From an uncultured Acidobacteriota bacterium (lineage in GTDB: Bacteria > Acidobacteriota > UBA6911), in assembly GCA_964474425.1 (NCBI GenBank), contig CAYYTC010000002.1:39859-103858 (forward strand): DNA of 64,000 bases, written 5' to 3'. A program made the position numbers and the translations under genes. This document shows, in pieces, positions 45,058 to 55,067 of the stretch; within the stretch, counting starts at the first letter, position 1; each line of letters starts with the position of its first letter. The notes under the pieces are model-generated. The model did not search any database. It was not told where the DNA came from and was given only the letters and a program-made list of their open reading frames with translations.

Positions 45058-46344
45058 ATGTCCATAGCCATCGTCGGAATGCTGGATGAGAGAGAAGAAG
45101 CCCTCAGAATCATCAGGGACTGCGTCGTGCGACGCGGCCACAGGCCCCTATTGATGGATATCAGCGTTGGAACCGGCGCCATTGTTTCTTCGCTCCAGGC
45201 GGATGTCCGCTGCGAGGAGTTGCTTGAATTGGGCAGAAAAAGCGCAGAACCGGATTCAGGGGGCAGCAGAACCCTGACATCCATTATGGCCGAGGGGCTG
45301 AAGGTAAAGGTCCTGGATCTTCAGCAATCGGGGGAACTGCAAGGCATCATTGCCATCACCGGGATGACCGGAGCGCTCATATCGCTGACAGCCATGAAAG
45401 CGTTGCCTTTCGGCGTCCCCAAGCTTCTCGTATCCGGCGCCACCGCCCAGCCTGCCCACGCAAGCCAGTTCGCCGATTATTTCGCGGTGCGCGATATAAC
45501 CGTGATGAACACCGTGGTCGACACCGTGGGGATGAATGCGCTGGTTCGGACGCTCGCCGTCAACGGAGCCAACGCCATTTCCGGCATGGTGGAGGGAGCC
45601 GAGGGATTCCGGTCTGAGGGCAGGCCTTCCATCGCCATAACCGAATTCGGTTTTTGCGAGAAGGGGGCGCATCACATCAGGGCGATTCTGGAGAAGGAAT
45701 ACGACCTCGTCTCATTTCATGCCACCGGCCTGGGCGACAAAGCCGTCATGGATTTGTTGCCCCAGGGGATCTTTCTGGCATTTGTCGATCTTGTCCCGGG
45801 GGCGTTCAGCGAAAACCTTCTGGGAGGCAACAGGGGCTTCGTGGGACCGAACCGTCTGGATGCGGCTTCCGCTCTGCCGTTGCCCTACATTTTTTGTCCG
45901 GGAGGTTTTGACATCATAAGCTGCGGGCCCATGGAAAGAAGAGACAGAAACGACCCGCTCTGGACATCGCGCAGGCTTGCGGAGAGGAAACTCTACGTGC
46001 AGGACCCTCCCAGGGTCCAGGCCAGGATGAATCCCGAGGAAACGGAATATGTAGCCGCGGCCGCCGCAGAAAGACTGAATCAGTATAGCTTCAAGGCAAG
46101 GGTCAAAGCCGTAATCCCGAGGAAAGGTTTTTCCTGCATCAGTGTTGAAGGGGGACCGCTTCACGATCCCGCCGCAGACAGGGTTTTTGCGGCCGCCTTC
46201 AAAGAGCGTTTGGATCCCGAAATAGAGATCATCGAGGTGGATTCGGACATAAACAGCCCCGCTTTCGCAGAGGCCGTGGCGGGGGCGTTGGCACGCGCCA
46301 TGACAGGAGAAACCGGAAAGGGAGGTTCATCGCAGCATGGATAA
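45058..46344 (+). CDS. UPF0261 / Tm-1-like ATP-binding-domain protein (paralogue 1)
   Basis: 428 aa. The N-terminus MSIAIVGMLDEREEALRIIRDCVVRRGHRPLLMDISVG and the overall length fit the UPF0261 family. Confidence 0.75.
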   Translation: MSIAIVGMLDEREEALRIIRDCVVRRGHRPLLMDISVGTGAIVSSLQADVRCEELLELGRKSAEPDSGGSRTLTSIMAEGLKVKVLDLQQSGELQGIIAITGMTGALISLTAMKALPFGVPKLLVSGATAQPAHASQFADYFAVRDITVMNTVVDTVGMNALVRTLAVNGANAISGMVEGAEGFRSEGRPSIAITEFGFCEKGAHHIRAILEKEYDLVSFHATGLGDKAVMDLLPQGIFLAFVDLVPGAFSENLLGGNRGFVGPNRLDAASALPLPYIFCPGGFDIISCGPMERRDRNDPLWTSRRLAERKLYVQDPPRVQARMNPEETEYVAAAAAERLNQYSFKARVKAVIPRKGFSCISVEGGPLHDPAADRVFAAAFKERLDPEIEIIEVDSDINSPAFAEAVAGALARAMTGETGKGGSSQHG

Positions 46345-48073
46345 GATCGAATTCGTCGATCAAACCATCCGGGACGCTCAGCAGAGCCTCTGGGGCCTGA
46401 TGATGCGGACCGACCACATAGTCCCGATTGCGGAAACCATGGGCAAAGTGGGATACCGGGCCGTCGCGACCGTCGGCTCCCAGGCATTCACCGTGCAGGT
46501 GCGCAAACATCAGGAAGATCCCTGGGAGAGGATCCGAATTCTCTCTCGGCTTATGCCCCAGACCTGCCTGCGCGGGTCCTACCAGACGGCCAGCCTTTCT
46601 GCATTCGACCTCAGCACTCCCCGAAGCGTCATAGTACTCTGGATACAGCGGTCCGTGGCCAACGGCATCCGAAGCTTCTGGATCTGCGACTACCAGGAGA
46701 ATATGGAGAGGTTCCGCTATTTCGCCCACATAGCCCGGGCCGAGGGAGCCGAGATCGTCACGGCGCTGATGCACACGCAGAGCCCGGTCCATACCGATGA
46801 GCATTGGGCGCAAAAAGCCCGGCTGATAGCGGACTCGAAGGACTGCATCGACCGCATCATGATCGAGGACGCCTCCGGTATCCTGACGCCGGAGCGAACG
46901 CGCAAGCTGGTCTCCACGGTTCAGAAGAATTGCGGCGGCATTCCGCTCGAGTTCCACGGTCACTGCAATTCCGGGCTGGCGCCTCTCTGCTACCTGGAAG
47001 CTATTGAATCAGGCGTCACGACCGTCCATACCGCGGTTGGGCCTCTTGCCAACGGCACCTCCATGCCCTCGACGGAGAACATATTGAGAAACGCGCGCCG
47101 CCTGGGCTATGAATCCGATCTGAACGAGGATGCTCTTTCCACCGTATCTGCACATTTCAGGGCGATTGCCCAAAAGGAAGGATTACCCGTCGGCGTGCCC
47201 GTGGAATATGACCTCTTCCATTTTGAGCACCAGGTTCCCGGGGGGATGATGACAAACCTGACGCGGCAGCTCCGGGAGGTGGGAATGGAGCACCGTTTGA
47301 GTGAAATCCTCCCCGAGGTCGCAAAAGTGCGCAAGGAATTCGGATATCCCGTGATGGCGACCCCTTATTCCCAGATTGTCGGATCGCAGGCTGTCGAGAA
47401 CATTGTCTCGGGCGAACGATATAAAAAGATCACAGACGAGACGATTAAATATGCCCTGGGCTACTATGGCCGGCCCGTCGTTCCACTGGATCCGAATCTG
47501 ATGGACAAAATCCTGAGCTTGCCCAGGACAAGGGAATTTCAAAACTGGGAGCCGGAAGGATTCCACAAGTCTATTGAACAGCTGCGCGAGGAAATCGGGC
47601 CGGAGCTTTCCGACGACGACCTGTTGCTCCGGGTTCTGATTCCCGGCAAACCGCTTCAGCGCGGCGGGCCAGAGGCTCGGACCCATGCGCCGGCCGCTCC
47701 CGCTCAAGCGTCGGGCAGGCCATCCATGGGGATCCGGAGCGTTGCGGGAAGATTCAGCGTGGAGGTGGACGGAGAAATATTCAACGTGAAAATCTCGTCC
47801 ATACCGGATGAATCCGCAAAAACCGTCGAAGCCGGGCAGTCCCGGACCCCGAAATTGCCCGAAGGATCGGTGGTTTGCGACATAGCGGGGCTGGTACTCT
47901 CGATCGATGTGAAAGTGGGGGACCGCGTGCTTGAGGGAGATCCGGTCGCGGTGATCGAGGCGATGAAAATGAGGAGGCAGGTTCGCTCGCCGCGCGAAGG
48001 GCTGGTCCGGAATATTCTGGCAAGAGAAGGCGAGATCGTCGACATCCACGACGTTCTGATGGTGGTGTCCTGA
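46337..48073 (+). CDS. TIM-barrel (5S / PycB / OadA-type) carboxyltransferase fused to a C-terminal biotinyl domain; divergent active site
   Basis: 578 aa. FVDQTIRDAQQSLWG (canonical RDAHQS), IEDASGILTP (canonical KDMAG), EFHGHCNSG (HxH), and C-terminal VIEAMKMRRQV. It overlaps the upstream gene by 8 nt. Confidence 0.85.
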   Translation: MDKIEFVDQTIRDAQQSLWGLMMRTDHIVPIAETMGKVGYRAVATVGSQAFTVQVRKHQEDPWERIRILSRLMPQTCLRGSYQTASLSAFDLSTPRSVIVLWIQRSVANGIRSFWICDYQENMERFRYFAHIARAEGAEIVTALMHTQSPVHTDEHWAQKARLIADSKDCIDRIMIEDASGILTPERTRKLVSTVQKNCGGIPLEFHGHCNSGLAPLCYLEAIESGVTTVHTAVGPLANGTSMPSTENILRNARRLGYESDLNEDALSTVSAHFRAIAQKEGLPVGVPVEYDLFHFEHQVPGGMMTNLTRQLREVGMEHRLSEILPEVAKVRKEFGYPVMATPYSQIVGSQAVENIVSGERYKKITDETIKYALGYYGRPVVPLDPNLMDKILSLPRTREFQNWEPEGFHKSIEQLREEIGPELSDDDLLLRVLIPGKPLQRGGPEARTHAPAAPAQASGRPSMGIRSVAGRFSVEVDGEIFNVKISSIPDESAKTVEAGQSRTPKLPEGSVVCDIAGLVLSIDVKVGDRVLEGDPVAVIEAMKMRRQVRSPREGLVRNILAREGEIVDIHDVLMVVS

Positions 48074-48074
48074 A

Positions 48075-49550
48075 ATGATCCGAAAGATTCTCATAGCCAA
48101 TCGCGGTGAAATCGCGGTCCGTGTCATGAGGGCATGCCGCGAAATGGGAATCGCATCAGTCGCGGTGTATTCGGAAGCGGATAGGGACGCGCTGTTTGTC
48201 AGATACGCGGACGAATCTCACGGGATCGGCCCGGCGCCGGCTTCCCGGAGCTATCTCAATATCCCCAAAATAATTCAGACCGCCAGAGAATGCAGGGCCG
48301 ATGCGATCCATCCCGGATACGGATTCCTGGCGGAAAATCCGGAATTCGCCCTCGCATGCGAAAAGGAGAGGATCCGATTTATCGGGCCATCCAGCGGCGT
48401 GCTCAGACTCCTGGGCGACAAGCTAGCTGCAAGGCGCGAGATGATCAAGGCAGGCATCCCTGTTGTGCCGGGAACGGTTGAGCGCGTGGAGAGCTTCGAG
48501 CATGCCCGCAGCGCCGCCGGAGCCATCGGATATCCCGTGATGATCAAGCCGTCGGGAGGCGGCGGGGGGATCGGGATGGCGGTGGTCGGGAACGAAAGCG
48601 AGCTGGCGAACGCGCTGGAATCCGCACGCGCGATCGCCACAACGACTTTCGGACTCGGAGACGTGTACATCGAAAAGTACCTGCTGCATCCGCGCCACAT
48701 TGAATTCCAGATACTGGGAGATTCCGGAGGCAATGTCATCCATCTGGGCGAACGGGAATGCTCCATTCAGCGAAGGCATCAAAAGCTGATCGAGGAATCG
48801 CCGTCGACGGCGCTAACTCCCGAGCTGCGTGAAGTCATGGGCGCGACCGCGGTGAATGCCGCCCGGTGTGTCGGGTATGAAGGTGCGGGCACCGTGGAGT
48901 TTCTCTTTGCGGATGGAAGCTTCCATTTCCTTGAGGTAAACGCCAGGGTGCAAGTGGAGCACCCGGTTACGGAGATGGTGACGGGGATTGATATCGTGAA
49001 GGAACAGATTCGGATTGCCGCAGGAATGCCGCTTCGTTTCAGGCAGCAGGACGTGAGGATCCGGGGGACTGCCATCGAGTGCCGCATCAATGCGGAGGAT
49101 CCGCTGAACGGCTTTGTTCCCGCGCCGGGAAAGATACACACCTACCACGCTCCCGGCGGCACGGGCATCCGGGTGGACAGCGGAGTCTGCAGCTCCAGCT
49201 CAATACCGCCCTTCTATGATCCGCTGATATCAAAGCTCATCGCCTGGGGCATGGACAGGGATGAGGCGATCGGAAGGATGCAACGGGCCCTTTACGAATA
49301 TGTGATCCTCGGCGTCGCGAGCAACATCCCGTTCCACCAGGCGGTGATGGAGAATCCGCGGTTCCGGGCAGGAGAACTGGGGACCGGCTTCATAGACCGC
49401 GAAGTTTCACTGAGCGCTGAAATAAGACGGATGGCGGAGACTGGAAGGCGGCTCCAGGATGGATTTCCCTGCCAGAATGAAAACAGGAAAAAGGTCGTCG
49501 CGATGGCGGTTGCCGCCGCTCTGTCCGGCGCGCTCGAGCCGACGCAATGA
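48075..49550 (+). CDS. biotin carboxylase (AccC/PycA type)
   Basis: 491 aa. MIRKILIANRGEIAVRVMRACREMGI, an ATP-grasp region, and EVNARVQVEHPVTE. It starts 1 nt after the upstream stop. Confidence 0.95.
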   Translation: MIRKILIANRGEIAVRVMRACREMGIASVAVYSEADRDALFVRYADESHGIGPAPASRSYLNIPKIIQTARECRADAIHPGYGFLAENPEFALACEKERIRFIGPSSGVLRLLGDKLAARREMIKAGIPVVPGTVERVESFEHARSAAGAIGYPVMIKPSGGGGGIGMAVVGNESELANALESARAIATTTFGLGDVYIEKYLLHPRHIEFQILGDSGGNVIHLGERECSIQRRHQKLIEESPSTALTPELREVMGATAVNAARCVGYEGAGTVEFLFADGSFHFLEVNARVQVEHPVTEMVTGIDIVKEQIRIAAGMPLRFRQQDVRIRGTAIECRINAEDPLNGFVPAPGKIHTYHAPGGTGIRVDSGVCSSSSIPPFYDPLISKLIAWGMDRDEAIGRMQRALYEYVILGVASNIPFHQAVMENPRFRAGELGTGFIDREVSLSAEIRRMAETGRRLQDGFPCQNENRKKVVAMAVAAALSGALEPTQ

Positions 49551-49637
49551 AGCCGCAGTCCTGACCGGGCCGCCCTGGAATCGATGCCGCGGAATCGGAC
49601 CGGGTTGTATGGCGCCCGGAATCATCGGAGGTTTTCT

Positions 49638-50870
49638 ATGAGTAACAAGCCGAAAGTCATGATGATTGTTACGATGGACACCAAAGAGGCTGAGGCCCGC
49701 TTTACCCGAAGGTGTCTCGAAGACGCCGGCCTCGAGGTCTACCACCTCGACGCCAGCATACTCCGGACGATTGATTGCGGGGCTTCCATCACCCCGGATC
49801 AGATCGCCGCGGCGGTCGGCAAAACGATGCCCGAGGTCCGGGCTCTCAACCACGAAGCCAAATGCCTGGCCATTATGATTGAGGGTGCCATCTTATGTGC
49901 CCAGAATCTCCACCGGCGGGTCGGGCTGAGCGGAATCATCGCTGCGGGAGGTTCGCTGGGGACTGTTCTCGGCTCGGCGGTTATGCGGACATTCCCGTTC
50001 GGCCTTCCCAAGATGATGATCTCGACCATGGCGTCCGGAAATACACTGCCCTACGTAGGCACCCGCGATATCGTCATGGTTCCCTCAATATGCGACGTTG
50101 CCGGTTTAAACACCGTGACACGATGCGTGTTTCAAAATGCGTCCCGCGCCCTCGCCGGAATGGCTCATGGCTACAAACCTCTTCCGGCTTCAGACAAACC
50201 CCTGATCGCGATTTCAACCCTCAGCACCACCGAAAAATGCTGCACCGCGATTCGAGAAGCCCTCGAGCAGCGAGGGTTTGAAGTGATGGTCTTCCACACA
50301 CAGGGAACCGGCGGCGGCGCCATGGATGCAACCGTCCGCGAGCAGGACGTCTCCATCGCCGTGAACCTGTCGCTGATTGAAGTCAGCGATTTTCTGGTCC
50401 AGGGCCTGTTCAGCGGAGGCCCCGACAGGTGCAAGGCATCCCTTGAAAAGGGCATCCCGACGATCTTTGTGCCGGGCAACATCGACTTCATGGTTGCGGG
50501 CCCGATTGAAGACGCGAAGGTCCGCTTTCCCGGCAGGCGCTATCACATTCACAACGAAGTGCTGACGGCGGTTCGAGCGCAGGCCGGGGAGTTCAAGCGT
50601 GTGGCCGATCATTTGGCGGGGCTGGTTCGGGAAGCGAAGGGGCCCGTGGCGTTTCTTGTTCCGCTGCTCGGATTTTCCAATCATGACAGTCCGCAAGGTT
50701 ATTTGCACGATCCGTCCCTTCCGCCTGTTTTCGCCGAATATATAAAGCAGGCAATGCCCGAAAGTGTGCCGATGGCGTTTCTCCCCCATCACATCAACGA
50801 CAAGCCTTTTGCCGAGGCCATTATTCAGCAGGTCCTCGCTTTTCAGAAAAACACTGGAGCAGCGGGCTGA
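49638..50870 (+). CDS. UPF0261 / Tm-1-like ATP-binding-domain protein (paralogue 2)
   Basis: Trimmed to ATG 49638 (GGAGG 7 nt upstream). KVMMIVTMDTKEAEARFTRRCLEDAGLEVYHLDAS matches the family N-terminus (DTKg.E). Confidence 0.8.
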   Translation: MSNKPKVMMIVTMDTKEAEARFTRRCLEDAGLEVYHLDASILRTIDCGASITPDQIAAAVGKTMPEVRALNHEAKCLAIMIEGAILCAQNLHRRVGLSGIIAAGGSLGTVLGSAVMRTFPFGLPKMMISTMASGNTLPYVGTRDIVMVPSICDVAGLNTVTRCVFQNASRALAGMAHGYKPLPASDKPLIAISTLSTTEKCCTAIREALEQRGFEVMVFHTQGTGGGAMDATVREQDVSIAVNLSLIEVSDFLVQGLFSGGPDRCKASLEKGIPTIFVPGNIDFMVAGPIEDAKVRFPGRRYHIHNEVLTAVRAQAGEFKRVADHLAGLVREAKGPVAFLVPLLGFSNHDSPQGYLHDPSLPPVFAEYIKQAMPESVPMAFLPHHINDKPFAEAIIQQVLAFQKNTGAAG

Positions 50871-51170
50871 CCTGCATGAAAACATAATCGGATTGCGCGT
50901 TTCCGCCTTGACGCGACCCAAGATGGAGTTTCGTCTGGCACGACGGTTCCGGCATGCTCCGGCATTACTCGCAGGCTCTTCGCAAGCGCGCGTAACGGTC
51001 CAGAAGTTCCAAAAATTGAGAAGCCCCTCGCCCATCGTCTTCGTGCAACTATGAGGTTGCAGCGCCTGTCGATGAAGGTCTAGAATTCGCATCAGGAACG
51101 GGAACGTTCGCTGATTTCCAGGTGATTATCCGTCTCGCAAATAAGCCGGAAAATATCCGAGGAGGTTTTT

Positions 51171-52265
51171 ATGGGAAAGATAAAGATTGCATGGGCTCCT
51201 GCAATCCTGCTTTTTGCTGTTGCGGCCTTGGGCCAGATCAACCAGCCGAACCATCTGCCATACAAGGACCTTATTTTCGCTCAGCTCGCCGCGGGCGGAA
51301 TCTGGGAAACACAAATAACGGTTACCAACCGCGGAACTCAGCCATGGGAGGGAGATTTTAATTTCTATACCGGCGAGGGATCGGCGTGGAATCCCTATGT
51401 GAACGGCGCCCAATTGATCGGAGGCAGCCTCGCGGTAACGCTTAATCCCAAAAGAACTGCAACCTATAAAATTACCGTACCCGGCTCCGCGATTGAGCCG
51501 GGATTCGTGATGGCCATTGCCGACAACACCGATCTGGACAATTTCATTGAAGGCAACTTGACATGGTTCGTCAAAGACGCAGACAAGGTCACGGACAGTA
51601 TCGGAGTGCTGCCTTCAAATCCCATCATGGCAGCGACTGTTCCATTTGAGAATTTCAACTCGGTCAGCGTGGCATTCGCCAACACCGACGCGCAGGGCAG
51701 AACCGCCCATTTGAAATTGAAGCTGTATTCGGAATCGGGCAGCCGTGTGGGCGACATCTTTGAGTGGACCCTCGACGCCCGGGAACACCTTCCCCGCTAT
51801 CTTCGGGAACTATTTACAGGGGTGACGCTCGGCCGGGGCCGTGTCGACATTTCATCCGATGTCCCCATCAGCGGCGTGGCCCTGATCCAGACAGAATCCC
51901 AGTTCGCCTCTCTTCCCTTCAATTCCACTGTCCGAACCTATCAAATCGATGCCTATGGTTCGGAGGTGAACTTCGCGCGGATGACTCTGTGGACCGAGGG
52001 CCTTTTCATAAGCGGCTACGTTGCCATGGAGCGCGAAAGCGTCCTGAGCCTGTTTGCCATAACCGGAAGCATCAAAGACGGGAAAGCGCTGCTGCATTTC
52101 GACGGCGACAACGAGACGACAAGCGACTATGGCGTCTACGGTTTCATCATTCCCAACGGCACCCTCGATCCCGATCAGACATCGTTCAGCGGCACGTATT
52201 CCGTGGCCATCCCATCCGAATATGAATTCGAAAACGGGTGGTTCGATGCCACTCTGGTTCCCTGA
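51171..52265 (+). CDS. secreted hypothetical protein (364 aa)
   Basis: GAGGAGG SD and a signal peptide MGKIKIAWAPAILLFAVAALGQ. It is beta-rich and contains an FAQLAAGGIWETQITVTN motif. Confidence 0.7.
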   Translation: MGKIKIAWAPAILLFAVAALGQINQPNHLPYKDLIFAQLAAGGIWETQITVTNRGTQPWEGDFNFYTGEGSAWNPYVNGAQLIGGSLAVTLNPKRTATYKITVPGSAIEPGFVMAIADNTDLDNFIEGNLTWFVKDADKVTDSIGVLPSNPIMAATVPFENFNSVSVAFANTDAQGRTAHLKLKLYSESGSRVGDIFEWTLDAREHLPRYLRELFTGVTLGRGRVDISSDVPISGVALIQTESQFASLPFNSTVRTYQIDAYGSEVNFARMTLWTEGLFISGYVAMERESVLSLFAITGSIKDGKALLHFDGDNETTSDYGVYGFIIPNGTLDPDQTSFSGTYSVAIPSEYEFENGWFDATLVP

Positions 52266-52345
52266 CAGATTCATCGGCAGCCTTCCGGCTATGCCGGGAT
52301 GAGACGGGTTTTGACATCCTGAAAATGCAGGCATCCCCAGGATAA

Positions 52346-52590
52346 CCGGAGGCTGTATGGGCGTCGTCCCTTCAAGGGGTTCGGTCGCAACCGGCGGCAA
52401 TGAATGGAATATTCATGCAACATGGATATCTCTAAAGCCTTTTGAACCGCAGAATGCCGAATAACGAATGTCGAATTTCGAAGCCCTTTTCTGTTCGACA
52501 TTCGACATTCGATATTGGATATTGTCCGCACCCTGGAACAAAATAATCCGGGATTCGTCAAACGCCTGCTTCTTCCCCGGCAGAGCCCTG
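52346..52590 (+). repeat. interspersed repeat family, copy 3 (boundaries approximate; right arm degenerate)
   Basis: CCGGAGGCT (52346-52354), AACCGCAGAA (52445-52454), degenerate right arm TTCTG--TTCG (52489-52497), ttcgacattcgacattcgatattgg, and CCGGCAGAGCC (52577-52587). Confidence 0.7.
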
Positions 52591-52799
52591 ACTGTTACCC
52601 GCAGGTTGCTTGAACATCGTCCAAGCCGGAATCAATACCGGCCTGCCCGCAGGCTCAAATGTATCTCACAGTCCGGGCAGCGCCGGGGGATCTCCTAACG
52701 GATTCGTAGCGGACCAAGGAATATTCACGGTTCAATGCCGCCACAGGGGGGCCGGTTTTATCTGTAGGAAATTGCCGTGACTCCGAATACTATGGACCC

Positions 52800-54911
52800 A
52801 TGATTTTGTACGCCGGAACCGTTTTTGTCGGTGCCTTTTTGCTGTTTCTGGTTCAGCCGCTTTTGGCCAAATACATCCTGCCCTGGTTTGGCGGCAGTCC
52901 CGGAGTCTGGACAACCTGCCTGTTGTTTTTCCAGGTTCTGCTGCTGGCCGGGTATAGTTTTGCCCACTTCCTGGCCCGAAGATTCCATCCTCGCGCGCAG
53001 GCAGGAATCCTTGTGGCTCTTCTGCTGCTGACTCTGGCCTTGCTGCCCATAACCCCCTCCAGGGCATGGCTTCCGGAAAACCTTTCGGCGCCCACATGGC
53101 ATATCCTCAGGCTTCTTGCAGCAAGTGTCGGCGTATGCTATTTCCTTCTGTCTTCCATGAGCCCGTTGATGCAATCCTGGTTCAGTCTTTCTTTGCCCAA
53201 CGCTTCCCCCTATCGCCTGTACACGCTCTCAAATCTTGGCTCGCTGATTGCCATCGTCAGTTACCCGTTTTGGATCGAGCCCGGCCTGGGTCTGGAATTT
53301 CAAACAAAGCTCTGGTCGCTTTCCTACGCCTGTTTTGTGGCCCTCTGCATCGGGAGCGCGTTCAGGATGTGGAACCTGGGATCGGAATCAGCGGGTTCTC
53401 GCATCCGCGTGGCCGATGAAGACAAAGCCGATCCGGAGGTTTCCTCTTCCGTGGCGGATCGGTCCTTGTGGCTGATTTTGACCGCCCTCAGCTCGACCAT
53501 GCTGCTGGCCACGACCAATCAGATGTGCCTGGATGTAGCGGTCATCCCGCTTTTGTGGCTGCTTCCCATGGGGCTTTACCTGCTCTCGTTCATTCTCTGC
53601 TTTGAAAGCGACCGGTGGTACTCGCGCACAGGTTTCGGCATCGCCCTGGCGGCTGCGCTGGCGCAGAACAGTGTCGTTCTCTATCGGGGCATATACATAG
53701 GGATTCCGGCTCAAATCGCTTCCTACAGCTTTACCCTTTTCATCTGCTGCATGGTCTGTCACGGCGAACTGGTGCGATTGAAACCCCGGCCCCGCCATCT
53801 GACTTCCTTCTACCTGATGATTTCGGCCGGAGGAGCTTTGGGTGGAGTTTTTGTGAACCTGGTTGCGCCCTATATATTCAAGGGCTATTGGGAATATCAC
53901 CTCGCGCTCGCGGGAACCGCCATGGCTTTTCTCATCGTCCTGTTCCGCGACCGCAGCGGGCGCCTCCGCGGCGGCCGGCCCTTCTGGGCATGGGCCCTTC
54001 TGAACCTGGCCTTCCTCGCGCTGATCCTGGTCCTGGGCGCGCAGATACACGACACCTTCAAAGACGCCATCGCGATGCGGCGCAACTTTTTTGGAGTTTT
54101 AAAGGTGCTGAAGGATGGCAAAAAGGATGATACCGGGCAGCGCCTGGTCCTCATGCACGGGCGCATCGAGCACGGCTACCAGTTTGCCGATCCGGACAAG
54201 CGCTATTGGCCGACCTCGTACTTCGGTCCGACCAGCGGTGTGGGCTTCGCAATACACTTTCACCCCAGGCGCCTCGATCCTTCCCGGCGGCACCTGAGAA
54301 TCGGCGTGGTTGGCCTGGGGACAGGCACACTGGCGGCATATGGAGAGGAGGGAGATTATTTCCGTTTTTATGAGATCAATCCCGAGGTCCTTCGGTTATG
54401 CGAAGACTATTTCACATACCGCAAAGACACCTCGGCCAGGGTGGATGTGGTTTTGGGGGATGCGCGCATATCGATGGAACGCGAGCGCAGCCTGCATCAG
54501 CCGGGAGACTACGACGTCCTCGCAGTGGACGCATTCGCTAGCGATGCCATCCCTGTGCACCTGCTGACCCGCGAATGCTACCGGAGCTACCGGTATCACC
54601 TGAAAAAGGACGGGATTCTGGCCATGCATGTCAGCAGCCGGTATTTCAATCTCGGCCCGGTGATCCGCAGCCTCGCGGAGCTCGATTCGGAGAGTGGCGC
54701 GAAAGCGCTGCTCTTTCAGGATGGCGGCAGCAGGTTGCAGGGGACGGATGCGACGCGCTGGATTCTGTTGACCTCCAACGAAGAGTTCCTCAAAGATCGA
54801 AAGGTGCAGGATGCCGTCAGCCCCTGGGCGCCCGACGATTACCCCTCCCTTCTCTTTACCGACGATTACAGCAACCTCTTCCGCCTCCTTCGAAAAAAAA
54901 CCTTCTTCTAG
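52800..54911 (+). CDS. fused polytopic membrane / spermidine-synthase-like protein
   Basis: 703 aa. The roughly 400-aa N-terminal part has many TM helices (LFLVQPLLAKYILPWFGGSPGVWTTCLLFFQ). The C-terminal SAM-fold region has VVGLGTGTLAAYG...FYEINPEV...GDARI...DVLAVDAFASDAIPVHLLT. Confidence 0.85.
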   Translation: MILYAGTVFVGAFLLFLVQPLLAKYILPWFGGSPGVWTTCLLFFQVLLLAGYSFAHFLARRFHPRAQAGILVALLLLTLALLPITPSRAWLPENLSAPTWHILRLLAASVGVCYFLLSSMSPLMQSWFSLSLPNASPYRLYTLSNLGSLIAIVSYPFWIEPGLGLEFQTKLWSLSYACFVALCIGSAFRMWNLGSESAGSRIRVADEDKADPEVSSSVADRSLWLILTALSSTMLLATTNQMCLDVAVIPLLWLLPMGLYLLSFILCFESDRWYSRTGFGIALAAALAQNSVVLYRGIYIGIPAQIASYSFTLFICCMVCHGELVRLKPRPRHLTSFYLMISAGGALGGVFVNLVAPYIFKGYWEYHLALAGTAMAFLIVLFRDRSGRLRGGRPFWAWALLNLAFLALILVLGAQIHDTFKDAIAMRRNFFGVLKVLKDGKKDDTGQRLVLMHGRIEHGYQFADPDKRYWPTSYFGPTSGVGFAIHFHPRRLDPSRRHLRIGVVGLGTGTLAAYGEEGDYFRFYEINPEVLRLCEDYFTYRKDTSARVDVVLGDARISMERERSLHQPGDYDVLAVDAFASDAIPVHLLTRECYRSYRYHLKKDGILAMHVSSRYFNLGPVIRSLAELDSESGAKALLFQDGGSRLQGTDATRWILLTSNEEFLKDRKVQDAVSPWAPDDYPSLLFTDDYSNLFRLLRKKTFF

Positions 54912-55067
54912 CCCGCATTCCTGCGTGGATTTCGCGATGATCGGTTGCAGGATAAAACCGCGCCCCTGCAAATTGCGGCCGGTACCTGGTGAAGAGCGAT
55001 TGCCGTCCTGCCGTCGCCAACTGATGGAGATCCCGTGGAATGGCGCCGAACGGTGAGTATGCTTCAA

